DNA of 64,000 bases from Thermodesulfobacteriota bacterium (GCA_041947025.1 JBHGBJ010000005.1:26382-90381), one strand, 5' to 3'. Counted from the first letter of the stretch, positions 43,472 through 53,924 are shown. Made by a program: numbers and translations. Notes: a model not told the origin generated them from the letters alone.

Positions 43472-45418
43472 TTATTTCGAGTTTTGGGAAACTCTTCTCA
43501 CAGAGGTCTTGTTATGGTTCGAACGAGGCTGTAAAGATCTTTGCTTAACCATCGCCATGATTTCCCTAAAAATTCCGTTCTCATCGATCCCGTATTTTGA
43601 TCTCAGCAGAGATTGGGAACCGTGTTCCACAAAGACGTCCGGAATACCCATTCGCTTCATTTGAACGGAGAAGAGACCTCTCTCCTGAAGGAGCTCAAGC
43701 ACTGCGCTCCCAAAACCTCCTTGGAGCACATTTTCTTCGACGGTTAGAACCTTTGCCGTCCTCTTCGCCCAATCACAGATCAGGTCTCCGTCCAGAGGCT
43801 TCAAGAAGCGGCTGTTGATCACTGCGGCATGGACCCCTGCATCCTCCGCTCTCTTCACCGCCTGAAGGGCGGGATAGACGGTCGCCCCGATTGCCAAAAC
43901 GAGAATATCGATTCCCTCTCTCAGAACTTCCCCCCGGCCGATTTCGATGGCCCTGAGCGGGGTCTCCGATTTTACACCCGTGCCCTTTCCTCTTGGGTAC
44001 CGAAAGGCTACCGGTGCAGGGCATTCGATGGCGGTCTTAATCATATGCCGGAATTCCTCTTCATCTTTGGGGGCCATGACCACGAGGTTCGGGATGTGAC
44101 GGAGATAAGAAAAATCGAATAGCCCCTGATGGGTTGGACCATCCTCTCCCACAATCCCTCCCCGGTCTAATGCAAAAACAACAGGAAGGTTCTGAAGGCA
44201 AACATCATGAAGAACCTGGTCATAGGCCCTTTGGAGAAAGGTGGAGTAGATCGCCACCACGGGTTTCATCCCCTCGAGGGCAAGACCGGCAGCAAAGGTC
44301 ACCGCATGTTGTTCTGCAATGCCGATATCGTAAAACCGTTCTGGGAATTTCCTCGCAAATTCTTCCAGTCCTGTCCCGCTCTGCATTGCCGCTGTAATGG
44401 CGATCAGATGGGGGTATTCCTCTGCCAACCGGCAAAGGGTTTCTCCAAATACCTCCGAGTAGGTAGGAGGGTTCTTCTTGGGGTCACTGACAGGCTCACC
44501 GGTCTCTTCGATAAAAGGGCCTACCCCATGAAAAAGAGCAGGATCCATCTCCGCGGGCCGATATCCCTTCCCCTTCTGGGTGATCACGTGGACGAGAATC
44601 GGGCCTTTCAGTTTCCTCACATTCTGAAAAGTTTCGATCAGATAATCCAAACGATGGCCATCGATCGGGCCGATGTACTTGAGGCCTAATTCTTCAAAAA
44701 GGAGCCCGGGGATCAACAGCCCTTTCAATGATTCTTCTGCCTGTTTGGCAAAACGGAGGGCAGGTTTGCCGATTCTCGGAAAGGTCTCGAGAAAGGACTT
44801 AATCTCGTCCCGGAATCGATTGACGAACTGGCCGGTCATCAGTCGGTTGAGGTAAGAGGAAAGAGCTCCGACATTGGGGGAAATGGACATCTCATTGTCA
44901 TTGAGGACAACGATGAGATCCTGATCGATATGCCCGGTCTGATTCAGCCCTTCAAAGGCAAGGCCAGCCGTCATCGATCCATCACCGATGATGGCGACCA
45001 CCTTCCCTTCCTCACCCTTCTGTCTTCGCGCCTCTGCCATCCCCAAAGCCGATGAGATCGAAGTACCGCTGTGGCCCGAGTCGAACGTATCGTAAGGGCT
45101 TTCCTCCCTTTTTGGGAATCCGCTGATCCCTTCGTACTGTCTCAGAGTATGAAACCGGTCCCGCCTCCCTGTCAAAAGTTTGTGCGTATAAGTCTGGTGG
45201 CCGACATCCCATACCAGTTTATCCGTTGGAAGATCGAAGACGTGATGAAGGGCAATGGTGAGCTCTACGATCCCCAGATTGGAAGCGAGATGTCCTCCAT
45301 TCTTTGAGACCGTGGAGATAATCTCCTTCCGTATCTCCCTGCAAAGCCGCTCCAGTTCCTCAAAATCTAATTTCTTAACATCCTGAGGGGCTTCAATCCG
45401 ATCTAATATTCGATCCAT
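43472..45418 (-). CDS. dxs: 1-deoxy-D-xylulose-5-phosphate synthase
   Basis: 648 aa. [22 protein letters not shown] (TPP motif), transketolase-like C-terminus. Confidence 0.95.
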   Translation of the reverse strand: MDRILDRIEAPQDVKKLDFEELERLCREIRKEIISTVSKNGGHLASNLGIVELTIALHHVFDLPTDKLVWDVGHQTYTHKLLTGRRDRFHTLRQYEGISGFPKREESPYDTFDSGHSGTSISSALGMAEARRQKGEEGKVVAIIGDGSMTAGLAFEGLNQTGHIDQDLIVVLNDNEMSISPNVGALSSYLNRLMTGQFVNRFRDEIKSFLETFPRIGKPALRFAKQAEESLKGLLIPGLLFEELGLKYIGPIDGHRLDYLIETFQNVRKLKGPILVHVITQKGKGYRPAEMDPALFHGVGPFIEETGEPVSDPKKNPPTYSEVFGETLCRLAEEYPHLIAITAAMQSGTGLEEFARKFPERFYDIGIAEQHAVTFAAGLALEGMKPVVAIYSTFLQRAYDQVLHDVCLQNLPVVFALDRGGIVGEDGPTHQGLFDFSYLRHIPNLVVMAPKDEEEFRHMIKTAIECPAPVAFRYPRGKGTGVKSETPLRAIEIGRGEVLREGIDILVLAIGATVYPALQAVKRAEDAGVHAAVINSRFLKPLDGDLICDWAKRTAKVLTVEENVLQGGFGSAVLELLQERGLFSVQMKRMGIPDVFVEHGSQSLLRSKYGIDENGIFREIMAMVKQRSLQPRSNHNKTSVRRVSQNSK

Positions 45419-45421
45419 CTT

Positions 45422-46336
45422 CTAATATTCCCTTGAAACGATGAAATGGGCGATCTCCCTGAGGGGATCGGCTTCCGGTCCGAAAGGATCCAGCGCTTCG
45501 ATCGCTGATTTCACCAGCTCATTGGCCCTCCTCTTTGATTCTTCGAGACCCAGCAAGGAAGGATAGGTTGCCTTTCTTCTGAAAAGATCACTGCCCGTCC
45601 TCTTGCCGAGCAACACCGCCTTGCCCTCAACGTTTAAAATATCATCCGCAATTTGAAAGGCAAGCCCGATGTGCTCCCCATAACGGGTGAAGGCCTCCAA
45701 GGATCCCTCGTCGGCAGAACCTAACTTGACTCCCAATCGAACCGAAGCCAGGATTAGCGCCCCCGTCTTATGGGTATGGATATATTGAAGGGTGGGAAAA
45801 TCGATCTCCTTCCCTTCCGATTCAATGTCCACCACCTGTCCGCCAATCATTCCGGAGATGCCTGCAGCCCGAGCCACCTCATGAATGATCTCAAGAATCA
45901 GCCATTCGTTACGGAAGAGTCCCCCGTGGAGTTTCCGGTTTGTCAACAATTTAAAGGCCTCGGTCAGAAGGGCATCTCCAGCCAGGATGCCGATGGCCTC
46001 GCCAAATAGCTTATGGCAGGTGGGCTGACCTCTACGATAGTCATCATTATCAATGGCAGGCAGGTCATCATGAATGAGAGAATAAGTATGGATCATCTCC
46101 AAGGCGCAAGCAAAGGGAAGGATCCCATCTCCCTTCCCCCCTACGGCCTCAAATGCGGCGATGGACAGAATCGGTCGAATCCGCTTTCCTCCGCTAAAGA
46201 GACTATGCCGAACCGCCATATGGAGAGATCGAGGGATGCCCGCTTCTCCTTCTGATTTGGGATGCCTTGATAAATATTTCTCCAGCGATGCATCGACAAT
46301 CTCTTTTTTTTCCTGGAGATATTTTCTGATATCCAT
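45422..46336 (-). CDS. ispA: Polyprenyl (farnesyl/geranylgeranyl) diphosphate synthase
   Basis: First DDxxD-type motif LIHDDLPAIDNDDYRRG and second motif FQIADDILN. I prefer ATG 46336 (MDIRKYLQEKK...) over 46381, which lies inside a repeat element. Confidence 0.85.
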   Translation of the reverse strand: MDIRKYLQEKKEIVDASLEKYLSRHPKSEGEAGIPRSLHMAVRHSLFSGGKRIRPILSIAAFEAVGGKGDGILPFACALEMIHTYSLIHDDLPAIDNDDYRRGQPTCHKLFGEAIGILAGDALLTEAFKLLTNRKLHGGLFRNEWLILEIIHEVARAAGISGMIGGQVVDIESEGKEIDFPTLQYIHTHKTGALILASVRLGVKLGSADEGSLEAFTRYGEHIGLAFQIADDILNVEGKAVLLGKRTGSDLFRRKATYPSLLGLEESKRRANELVKSAIEALDPFGPEADPLREIAHFIVSREY

Positions 46337-46376
46337 TAAGCCGCTCAATGCTGAAAGGTCAAAGTGAGTAAAGATG

Positions 46377-46479
46377 GTCATTCCTGCGAAAGCTCGCCTC
46401 GGCGAAGCCTGGGCAGGAATCCAGTGTCTTCTGGGTTCCGGGTCGCTCCCGGCTCAAGGCCGGGGTTGCCCGGAATGAC
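46377..46479. repeat. REP/MITE-like element with GTCATTCC ... GGAATGAC termini and internal GCAGGAAT arm
   Basis: GTCATTCCTGC (46377-46387) pairs with GCAGGAAT (46413-46420) and with GGAATGAC (46472-46479). G/C-rich filler continues to about 46556. Same GTCATT/AATGAC ends as 1105-1174. Confidence 0.55.
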
Positions 46480-46556
46480 GATCCTACTCCCGGAAATGTC
46501 AACCCCGCACTCGATACGGGTCCCCCGGCAAAGCCGGGGCTTTACCTATATGCTAA

Positions 46557-46823
46557 TTATTTTATTTCGTCCTCCCCTTCTGAGTTCTTTTCTGCGTTAG
46601 CCGAGGGTTCGAAGCGCTGGGGTCTCAGGACACCTTCCTTGTCCTTGAGAAGGATCTCCACCCTCTTCTCCACCTCGTCGAGTTTCTGGTTACAGATGCG
46701 CGAAAGTCGAATTCCCTCTTCAAAGAGCTTCAACGATTCTTCCAGAGGAATGTCCCCTTCTTCTAATTGGGAAACGATCTTTTCCAATTTATTCAATGCA
46801 TCTTCGAACCTATCCTTTGGCAT
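46557..46823 (-). CDS. xseB: Exodeoxyribonuclease VII small subunit
   Basis: 88 aa. FEDALNKLEKIVSQLEEGDIPLEESLKLFEEGIRL. Confidence 0.9.
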   Translation of the reverse strand: MPKDRFEDALNKLEKIVSQLEEGDIPLEESLKLFEEGIRLSRICNQKLDEVEKRVEILLKDKEGVLRPQRFEPSANAEKNSEGEDEIK

Positions 46824-46874
46824 CTTTTCCTCTTCGTTGCAACCCCTAATATTAAATCTTTAAGTCCTTAATCG

Positions 46875-48215
46875 TCAAGAGGTTTCCCTTTTCTCGACAG
46901 CACAGAGCAGGGCTCCTTTGTGGAGCTTCACCTCCACCTTATCCCCCTCTTCTACCTGGACCGCATCCCTTAAAATCTGCAGGGAGGGCAGCTTACGAGT
47001 TATACTATACCCCCTCTGAAGAATTGAAAGAGGACTCAAGGATTCCAACTTTCCAAAAATTCCTTCCTCCCGGTGTCTCCGGATCTCGATCGAGTGGCCC
47101 ATGGCTTGGCTGAGGCGCCTCCTCATCTCCAAAATGATGCCCTTAAGGTTCTTGACCCTCTGACCGGGATTTTGAAGAATTAGTCTTTCTCCGAGATGGA
47201 AGAATTCATCCCTTCTCCTCTTAATCGTCCAGGAAATGAGAACGCGGAATCGGTTAAGAAGGTCGTCTACCCTCAAAAAGTATTTCTCTATCGCCTTTCG
47301 AGGGTCCACGAGTATCTTTTCCAGATGGGATACATGGGTCCGATTCTCTTTAAGTGTCTGGAAAATTTGATTCTCCAGGCGGTCCTTTAGGTAATGAAGG
47401 GTTTTTTCGAGTTCCCGCTTATCTTTTACGACTAACTCTGCGGCAGCAGAGGGTGTGGGTGCCCTCAAATCTGAAACAAAGTCTGAAATGGTGTAATCGG
47501 TTTCGTGACCCACGGCAGAGATAATGGGGATCTTGGAACGATAGATCGCCCGGGCCACAATCTCCTCATTAAAGGACCATAGATCTTCGAGCGATCCTCC
47601 TCCCCTCCCCACGATGATGACATCGACATTCTTCCAACGATTGAAGTCCTCGATCGCCCTTGCAATCTCAAATGATGCCCCCTCGCCTTGGACGCGAACG
47701 GGGTGAAGCAGGATACGGACGTTTTCGAATCGCCTGTGGATGATGTGGAGCATATCCCTGATCACCGCTCCTGTAGGAGAGGTGACGATACCAATGGTTT
47801 GAGGAACCACCGGTATCTTCTTCTTACGGACAGGATCAAAAAACCCTTCTTTCTCAAGCCTGTCCTTCAACCGGAGAAAGGCAAGTTGAAGGGCCCCAAT
47901 TCCCTTGGGCTCCACCTCATCCAGGATGAGTTGATATTCCCCTCTCTTTTCGTAGAGGGTCAGCCTTCCCCGACAGATCACATGAAGACCATCCTCAGGA
48001 AGAAACCGGAGCGTTCGGGCCTGCATCTTAAAAAGGACGGCGCGGATCTGACTGAAGTCATCCTTCAAGGTGAAATAGACGTGTCCCGAAGGCGGGATTC
48101 TCAGGTTCGAGATCTCTCCTTCAATCCAGACCTCAGGGAACTTCATCTCAAGAATATCTTTGATCTCTTGAGTGAGTTCCGTGACAGTCAGAATATACCG
48201 GAAAGGAAGTTCCAT
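46875..48215 (-). CDS. xseA: Exodeoxyribonuclease VII large subunit
   Basis: Start at ATG 48215 (MELPFRYILTVTELTQEIK...). OB-fold N-terminus (VWIEGEISN), catalytic core and coiled C-terminus. Confidence 0.9.
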   Translation of the reverse strand: MELPFRYILTVTELTQEIKDILEMKFPEVWIEGEISNLRIPPSGHVYFTLKDDFSQIRAVLFKMQARTLRFLPEDGLHVICRGRLTLYEKRGEYQLILDEVEPKGIGALQLAFLRLKDRLEKEGFFDPVRKKKIPVVPQTIGIVTSPTGAVIRDMLHIIHRRFENVRILLHPVRVQGEGASFEIARAIEDFNRWKNVDVIIVGRGGGSLEDLWSFNEEIVARAIYRSKIPIISAVGHETDYTISDFVSDLRAPTPSAAAELVVKDKRELEKTLHYLKDRLENQIFQTLKENRTHVSHLEKILVDPRKAIEKYFLRVDDLLNRFRVLISWTIKRRRDEFFHLGERLILQNPGQRVKNLKGIILEMRRRLSQAMGHSIEIRRHREEGIFGKLESLSPLSILQRGYSITRKLPSLQILRDAVQVEEGDKVEVKLHKGALLCAVEKRETS

Positions 48216-48322
48216 GGTGACGTTACTATAACAGAAAGGGCTTAAAGAGTAAAACAGCATGGTATGATTGACGAAGAAGTGAATAAAGCTTAAAATCTAT
48301 CTATCCTTTTGGGGTTGGAACT

Positions 48323-49672
48323 GTGGGAACATTTTCACTGCAGGAAATGGACCGGAAAGCAAGGGCCATCTTTTCAAAGGCAATCGAGGCGGTTGATCCT
48401 TTCGGCAGGCTGAAGTCCTGCGTCCGGATTGAGCGGGGTTGCTTATGGATGAAAGGGGAAGATTCGGAAAAGACCTTCGACCTAAATGCCTTTAAGAGGA
48501 TATTTCTTATTGGAACCGGAAAGGCCTCCGCATCCATGGCGCAGGCCATCGAGGAAATCTTTGGAGATCGGATTGCGCAAGGACTGGTCACCACAAAATA
48601 TGGCCATTCCCTCTCCTTAAAGAGAACGGAGATCATTGAGTCCGGGCATCCCCTTCCGGATCAGAAAGGTCTCGAAGGAGCAAGAAAGATTCAGAGCTTG
48701 CTCAAAGGATCCGGACCCGATGATTTGATCATCTTTCTTCTCTCCGGCGGCGGATCGGCTCTTCTTCCACTCCCGGCGAATGGAATCACACTCGAGGAAA
48801 AACAGATCGTCACCCAGCTTCTTCTCGATTGCGGAGCGGATATTCGGGAGATCAATACGATCCGAAAACATATCTCCCAGGTCAAGGGAGGGTGGCTTGC
48901 CAAATGGGCCTATCCTTCCACCGTGATCGGTTTCATCCTATCCGATGTGGTGGGGGATCCCCTCGACGTGATCGCATCCGGTCCTGCGGTTCCCGATTCT
49001 TCCACGTTCGATGAGGCTTGGGAGATATTGAAAAAATACGACCTCGTTGAGAAGATTCCTCTATCGGTTCGAAACCATCTCCTTCTGGGAAAAGAAGGAA
49101 GGGTCGAAGAAACACCCAAGCCGACAGATCCCGCCTTCGAGAAAGTTCACCACATCCTTATCGGGTCAAACATCCTTGCCCTTCGTGCGGCTGAAAGAGA
49201 GGCAGCCTCCCTGGGGTTTCATACACTCATCCTTTCCTCTTCAATCGTAGGAGAGACGAGAGAGGCGGCCCGGTTCCATGCAGCGATTGCAAGAGAGGTG
49301 ATTTCAAGCGGCAACCCGATTCCAAGGCCTGCTTGCATCATCTCTGGAGGCGAAACCACCGTGACGATCAAGGGCCCTGGCTTCGGGGGAAGAAACCAGG
49401 AGTTTGCTTTAGCAGGCGCCCTTGAGATTAGCGGGATGGAAAAGGTTCTTCTTTTGAGCGGAGGAACGGATGGAACCGACGGCCCCACCGATGCGGCTGG
49501 AGCGATTGCCGATCACACGACGATCAGCCGGGCACGGGCAATGGGTTTGGATGCGAGGGCCCATCTTGAGAATAACGACGCTTACCCATTTTTTCAGAAG
49601 CTGGGAGACCTCCTGATCACCGGGCCCACCCATACCAATGTGATGGATGTGAGGATTTTGTTGGTGGACTAA
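48323..49672 (+). CDS. Glycerate 2-kinase / hydroxypyruvate reductase-like (DUF4147 + MOFRL)
   Basis: 449 aa. ...GTGKASASMAQA... and the C-terminal GGETTVTIKG...GGRNQEF...SGGTDGTDGPTDAAGA block. GTG 48323 or ATG 48347 start. Confidence 0.8.
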   Translation: MGTFSLQEMDRKARAIFSKAIEAVDPFGRLKSCVRIERGCLWMKGEDSEKTFDLNAFKRIFLIGTGKASASMAQAIEEIFGDRIAQGLVTTKYGHSLSLKRTEIIESGHPLPDQKGLEGARKIQSLLKGSGPDDLIIFLLSGGGSALLPLPANGITLEEKQIVTQLLLDCGADIREINTIRKHISQVKGGWLAKWAYPSTVIGFILSDVVGDPLDVIASGPAVPDSSTFDEAWEILKKYDLVEKIPLSVRNHLLLGKEGRVEETPKPTDPAFEKVHHILIGSNILALRAAEREAASLGFHTLILSSSIVGETREAARFHAAIAREVISSGNPIPRPACIISGGETTVTIKGPGFGGRNQEFALAGALEISGMEKVLLLSGGTDGTDGPTDAAGAIADHTTISRARAMGLDARAHLENNDAYPFFQKLGDLLITGPTHTNVMDVRILLVD

Positions 49673-49688
49673 ACGAAATCCCTCCGAA

Positions 49689-49709
49689 CCTCCCTTTTGC
49701 AAAGGGAGG
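49689..49709. repeat. Short C/G-run hairpin (CCTCCCTTT tgc AAAGGGAGG)
   Basis: Perfect 9-bp stem just after the glycerate kinase stop. A second, looser TCCCCC...GAGGGGGA unit follows, to about 49750. Confidence 0.5.
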
Positions 49710-49770
49710 AATGTCAACTTCCCCCTTTTCTAAAGAGGGATTGAGGGGGATTACAAAAAAGGAGTCTGTC

Positions 49771-50142
49771 ATGTACGAACTAACCGTCTTTTCTCATTTC
49801 TCAGGCGCTCATCGCCTGCGTTACCTTCATGGAAAATGCGAAGAACTCCACGGCCACAACTGGAAGGTTGAGCTTGTCGTGGTGTCGGATCGGCTGAACA
49901 ACGAAGGGGTCGTCATTGACTTCCAGATCCTAAAGCAGAAGCTGGAAAAAACATTAAAGTCCTTGGACCATACGTACCTCAACGATCTCCCCCATTTTTC
50001 AGGGAAGGAACCTTCCTCTGAAAATATCGCAAAATATATTTTCGATAAAATGAAACAAGAGTTGAAAGGGCACCGCGTGACACTCAAAAAGGTAACCGCA
50101 TGGGAATCCGAGAACGCCTGCGCCGCGTATTCCGGGAGATGA
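49771..50142 (+). CDS. queD: 6-carboxytetrahydropterin / 6-pyruvoyl-tetrahydropterin synthase family (QueD-like)
   Basis: Start at ATG 49771 after AAAAGGAG. MYELTVFSHFSGAHRL...CEELHGHNW motif. Confidence 0.8.
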   Translation: MYELTVFSHFSGAHRLRYLHGKCEELHGHNWKVELVVVSDRLNNEGVVIDFQILKQKLEKTLKSLDHTYLNDLPHFSGKEPSSENIAKYIFDKMKQELKGHRVTLKKVTAWESENACAAYSGR

Positions 50143-50912
50143 GAATGGACGACATTCAAAGCCGAAAGGATCATCGAAAAATTGAGATCAATAAAGTGGG
50201 AGTGAAGAATATTCGTTATCCCATCACCGTATTGGACAAGGCCAAGGGGGTCCAGCATACCGTCGCCAGCGTCAATATGTATGTCGACCTTCCGCATCGT
50301 TTCAAGGGGACCCACATGAGCCGTTTTGTGGAGATTTTGAACCAATACAAAGGGGATATCGCCATCAAGAACCTTTCAAAGATTTTGAGGGAGGTGAAGA
50401 AGAAACTGAAGGCAAAGACCGCCCATCTGGAAGTGGAATTCTCCTACTTCATTGAGAAAGAAGCTCCCGTTACCAAAGCGAAAAGCCTGATGGAATATAT
50501 CTGCCGGTTCTCGGGATCGAGCAACGAAAAGGAAGACTTCTCTGTGGGAATCGTTGTTCCGATCACCACGGTTTGCCCTTGTTCAAAGGAGATCAGTCAG
50601 TTCGGTGCACACAATCAGAGGTCCCTCGTCACGGTCAACCTCCGGTTCAAGAAGTTCATCTGGATCGAGGATATCATTCAGCTGGTCGAAGACTGCGCCT
50701 CCTGCGATCTCTATTCCATCTTGAAGAGACCGGATGAAAAATTCGTGACGGAGAAAGCTTACGAAAACCCGATGTTTGTTGAGGATGTGGTGAGGGAGAT
50801 TGCAAAGAAACTTAAGGCCGATTCAAACATCACCTGGTTTACAGTCGAGTCAGAAAACTTCGAATCCATTCATAATCACAGCGCCTACGCCTATGTGGAA
50901 AGAGGAGAATGA
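50139..50912 (+). CDS. folE2: GTP cyclohydrolase type IB (FolE2/MptA family)
   Basis: ATG 50139 overlaps the queD stop (ATGA). ...INKVGVKNIRYPITV...VASVNMYVDLPHRFKGTHMSRF... Confidence 0.8.
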   Translation: MRMDDIQSRKDHRKIEINKVGVKNIRYPITVLDKAKGVQHTVASVNMYVDLPHRFKGTHMSRFVEILNQYKGDIAIKNLSKILREVKKKLKAKTAHLEVEFSYFIEKEAPVTKAKSLMEYICRFSGSSNEKEDFSVGIVVPITTVCPCSKEISQFGAHNQRSLVTVNLRFKKFIWIEDIIQLVEDCASCDLYSILKRPDEKFVTEKAYENPMFVEDVVREIAKKLKADSNITWFTVESENFESIHNHSAYAYVERGE

Positions 50913-50927
50913 TACTTTCGTCAGCTA

Positions 50928-51009
50928 GTCTTATAGTCACATAGTCTGGTAGCCATTTCAGGATCATCGTTCTTCACCATACGACTATGCGACCATAAGA
51001 CTATAAGAC
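50928..51009. repeat. Nested imperfect inverted repeat between convergent genes
   Basis: Outer arms GTCTTATAGTC (50928-50938) / GACTATAAGAC (50999-51009). Inner arms CATAGTC (50940-50946) / GACTATG (50973-50979). Confidence 0.5.
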
Positions 51010-51019
51010 CAGTCATTCC

Positions 51020-51688
51020 TTAGATTTTTCTGCCGGTCCTTGTTCTCGCAAGATCCCAGCAATAGTCATAGAGATGGAGTCCCTTGCTCGCGGCGATGAT
51101 CTCTCCATCCTCCACGCCGATCTCCTTCGCCATATATTCTTTCAGAAGCTGAATGCCGGCAAGATTCGAAGGAAACCCTGCCCACAAATCCCAGGAGCGA
51201 AAGTAGAGCATGAAATGGAGCTTCCCATAACGAATCCGGGTGTCGATGCCGCGAAGACACTGGGGATCCTCAAGCAGCAGAGACCCCGCATTGCCCACGG
51301 CCATATAGGCCTGATTGGTATTGTGCCCATCCTCCCGATACATCCGGATCACCTCATCGATCTGTTTCTCCAAATCCTCGCCGTAGGTATAGGTTTCATG
51401 AGGAGCCTTGATCGAGGTGATCAGTTTTTCCAGATACTGTTCGACATAATCCATGGATGTAGGTGGAGGAACACCGCATCCCGGAGGAATATCGGGAATC
51501 AAGGGCCTTGTTCCGGGGTGGGCGATTTGCACAACCACATAGTCGTACTCGAGCCTCTGATGACCTTGGAAGCTTCCTCGATCGATCGTATATTCATGAC
51601 CGCTCTCAAAAATGCGGTAGATGCATTGGAACCAGGCATCCGGCAAGTCCCTTGCTTGAATGAACTCAATCTTCATCTCTGCCATCAC
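51020..51688 (-). CDS. Thymidylate synthase-like protein (short, archaeal-type ThyA family)
   Basis: 222 aa. Resemblance to short ThyA-family proteins (…YFRSWDLWAGFPSNLAGIQLL…). Assignment is from memory and only moderately secure. Confidence 0.55.
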   Translation of the reverse strand: MMAEMKIEFIQARDLPDAWFQCIYRIFESGHEYTIDRGSFQGHQRLEYDYVVVQIAHPGTRPLIPDIPPGCGVPPPTSMDYVEQYLEKLITSIKAPHETYTYGEDLEKQIDEVIRMYREDGHNTNQAYMAVGNAGSLLLEDPQCLRGIDTRIRYGKLHFMLYFRSWDLWAGFPSNLAGIQLLKEYMAKEIGVEDGEIIAASKGLHLYDYCWDLARTRTGRKI

Positions 51689-52011
51689 AATTCCTTTATT
51701 CTTTTCTTGCTATTAACCCAATTCTCCAGAAATTGTCAACATAAGGGCAAAAAGAGGTAAGCATCTTTTTTCCCGTGATAAACGGCCTGGAGCCTATCAT
51801 CGACTTAGAAGCGGAAAGGCCGGGTTGAGAAAGTTTTAGAGCGCCACCTCTAATCGATTCACCTCTCACGCCGGAAAAAAGACGAAAAACCATGATTTAA
51901 CTGGACAGGAAGGTTTCCCATACATTTCAAAACGCCCGCAGAAGTTATTTTCTCTCCTGGATGCCTGCCCGGTAGGCAGGGAGAGAGAATAACTCTAATC
52001 GATGATCGACC

Positions 52012-53328
52012 TCAGCCCTGTACGAGGTGGTTTTTTCTCACTCCCTGAGCCTCGGATTTGTCTCCTGAAATAATTCCTTTGTTAAGGTAGATTGGCCGAC
52101 TGACCCTCCTCAACAGCGGGAGTTTCCGAGCAAACAGAAGACTTCCCCCCAGGGAGCAGATGCCGCCGATCAATACGGTTTGAGGTGCTCCAATGGCGTG
52201 TGCCAACATGCCCGACAGCAAGCTCCCGAAGGGCATCATCCCCATACCCGCCATGGTATAAAAACTCATCACCCTGCCGAGTTTATCCTCCTCCGAAAGA
52301 GTCTGCAGGACGATATTACTCGACGAGAACTGCACCATCATTCCAAACCCAACAACCATCATCAACGCCAAAGAGATCGGGAGAGCGCGTGAGAAAGAGA
52401 AGCCAATGAGACCGCTCCCAAAGACGATCGATGCGATGACGATGATTTTCCCCAGCCCCAAGACGCTTTTCCTTGAAGCAAGATAGTATGCCCCCGTGAG
52501 TGCCCCCACGCCCACGCTTGCTAAAAGAAAGCCAAGGGTTCGGGGGTCTCCGTGGAGAATATCTTTGGCAAATATCGGCATGAGTGTCGTGAATGGCATT
52601 CCCATGAAACTGACCAGCCCCACCAGCAACAACAGTGCTCGGATGGGTGGAAAACCGAAAGCATAGGAAAATCCTTCTCTCAATTTTTCCAAAACGTGGG
52701 GATGTTGTGTTTCTCTTCTCGTCACTCTTACCTTCATTGCTAACAGGGATGCAACGACAGCCAAAAAACTGAGACCATTGAGAAGAAAGCAGACTCCTTC
52801 TCCCACAGCGGCAATCAACAAACCTGCGAAAGAGGGCCCAACCAATCGGGCCCCATTGTTCATGGAAGAGTTCAAGGCAATGGCATTCCCGAGGTCTTCC
52901 CTTTTTTCAATCATGTCCACAACAAAAGCCTGACGGGCTGGCGTGTCAAGGGCATTGATCAAACCAAGAGCGATGCTCAAAGAGATGATATGCCAAACCA
53001 CGACCTTGCTGGTCAGAACGAGAACGGCTAAAGTCAAAGCCTGTATCATTGACAGGATTTGAGTCACGATAAGAATCCGGTGACGGTTCCATCGATCAAC
53101 GAACACACCGGCCAAGGGAGAAAATACAAACGTGGGAATTCGACTACTAAAACCGACCACGCCGAGAAGAAAAGCCGAACCGGTCAGCCGGTACACCAGC
53201 CAATTCATGGCCATTTGCTGCATCCAGGTACCGATGAGAGAGATGCCCTGGCCACCAAAGAAGAGCCGGTAATTTCGATGGATCAGGGAACGGAAGACGA
53301 GTTTCAAACCCTTTGGATCGGATTCCAT
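52012..53328 (-). CDS. MFS transporter (EntS/MFS_3-like)
   Basis: About 12 hydrophobic segments. N-terminal FRSLIHRNYRLFFGGQGISLIGTWMQ is typical of this MFS subgroup. I prefer ATG 53328 over 53388. Confidence 0.8.
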   Translation of the reverse strand: MESDPKGLKLVFRSLIHRNYRLFFGGQGISLIGTWMQQMAMNWLVYRLTGSAFLLGVVGFSSRIPTFVFSPLAGVFVDRWNRHRILIVTQILSMIQALTLAVLVLTSKVVVWHIISLSIALGLINALDTPARQAFVVDMIEKREDLGNAIALNSSMNNGARLVGPSFAGLLIAAVGEGVCFLLNGLSFLAVVASLLAMKVRVTRRETQHPHVLEKLREGFSYAFGFPPIRALLLLVGLVSFMGMPFTTLMPIFAKDILHGDPRTLGFLLASVGVGALTGAYYLASRKSVLGLGKIIVIASIVFGSGLIGFSFSRALPISLALMMVVGFGMMVQFSSSNIVLQTLSEEDKLGRVMSFYTMAGMGMMPFGSLLSGMLAHAIGAPQTVLIGGICSLGGSLLFARKLPLLRRVSRPIYLNKGIISGDKSEAQGVRKNHLVQG

Positions 53329-53559
53329 GAAGAGATCGTTGGCGCTTTCGAACGCCTCAGTATGAATTAAACAAGATGAATTAAACAAGAATACTCATTC
53401 GATGCCTGCAAAAAACGCTTTCAAATGTTATTCTAAAACATGAATTGGAGAACCGCTATCGCTGTACCTTCGATTCGCTTTGAGTCTACATGAACGCTGA
53501 TCCGGAAATGACTCTGGTTAGGTGTCCGAACGGAATACGGGGGAATGTCGCTATTGGTC

Positions 53560-53588
53560 TTGAAAAATTCCTTTGCATATGATAAGTT
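53560..53588 (+). promoter_or_regulatory. Candidate promoter of tRNA-Pro
   Basis: TTGAAA (53560-53565), 17-nt spacer ending in TGa, TAAGTT (53583-53588). This is about 10 nt before the mature tRNA 5' end. Confidence 0.35.
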
Positions 53589-53598
53589 AGAAAACAAT

Positions 53599-53675
53599 CG
53601 GGGAGTAGCGCAGCCTGGTAGCGCGCTTGGTTCGGGACCAAGAGGCCGCCGGTTCAACTCCGGTCTCCCCGACCA
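53599..53675 (+). tRNA. tRNA-Pro (anticodon CGG)
   Basis: Hand-folded cloverleaf. Acceptor CGGGGAG/CTCCCCG, D-arm GCGC/GCGC, anticodon stem CTTGG/CCAAG with loop TTCGGGA (CGG, G37), T-arm GCCGG/CCGGT, encoded CCA. Confidence 0.9.
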
Positions 53676-53681
53676 GTTTTT
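53661..53681 (+). repeat. attL-like direct repeat (tRNA 3' end + 6 nt)
   Basis: CGGTCTCCCCGACCAGTTTTT, identical to 63687-63707. The flanking bases differ on both sides. Confidence 0.85.
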
Positions 53682-53924
53682 CCATCTCACTCCAACCTGC
53701 TATCCTTGCCCTCCGGCTTGAAAGGGGCCTCCTACAATGAGACCTACCCTTCTCCCTCATGAGTTTCCTTCCATTCGCCAGAGGTAAACCATTTAGAAGT
53801 TGCTCTAATTTCAGCTTTTTGGTATAAATAGGTCAACTTCCGGGGTGATTTGCATTCTTTAGAATTCTTTGGGCCATATTGGATTCCTTCTACAGGAAAA
53901 AGAGGCGTTCTTGGAGCCGTGAAT

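Noticed and set aside
53433-53690. 85-aa minus-strand ORF
   Set aside because: It runs straight through tRNA-Pro on the opposite strand, so it is spurious.
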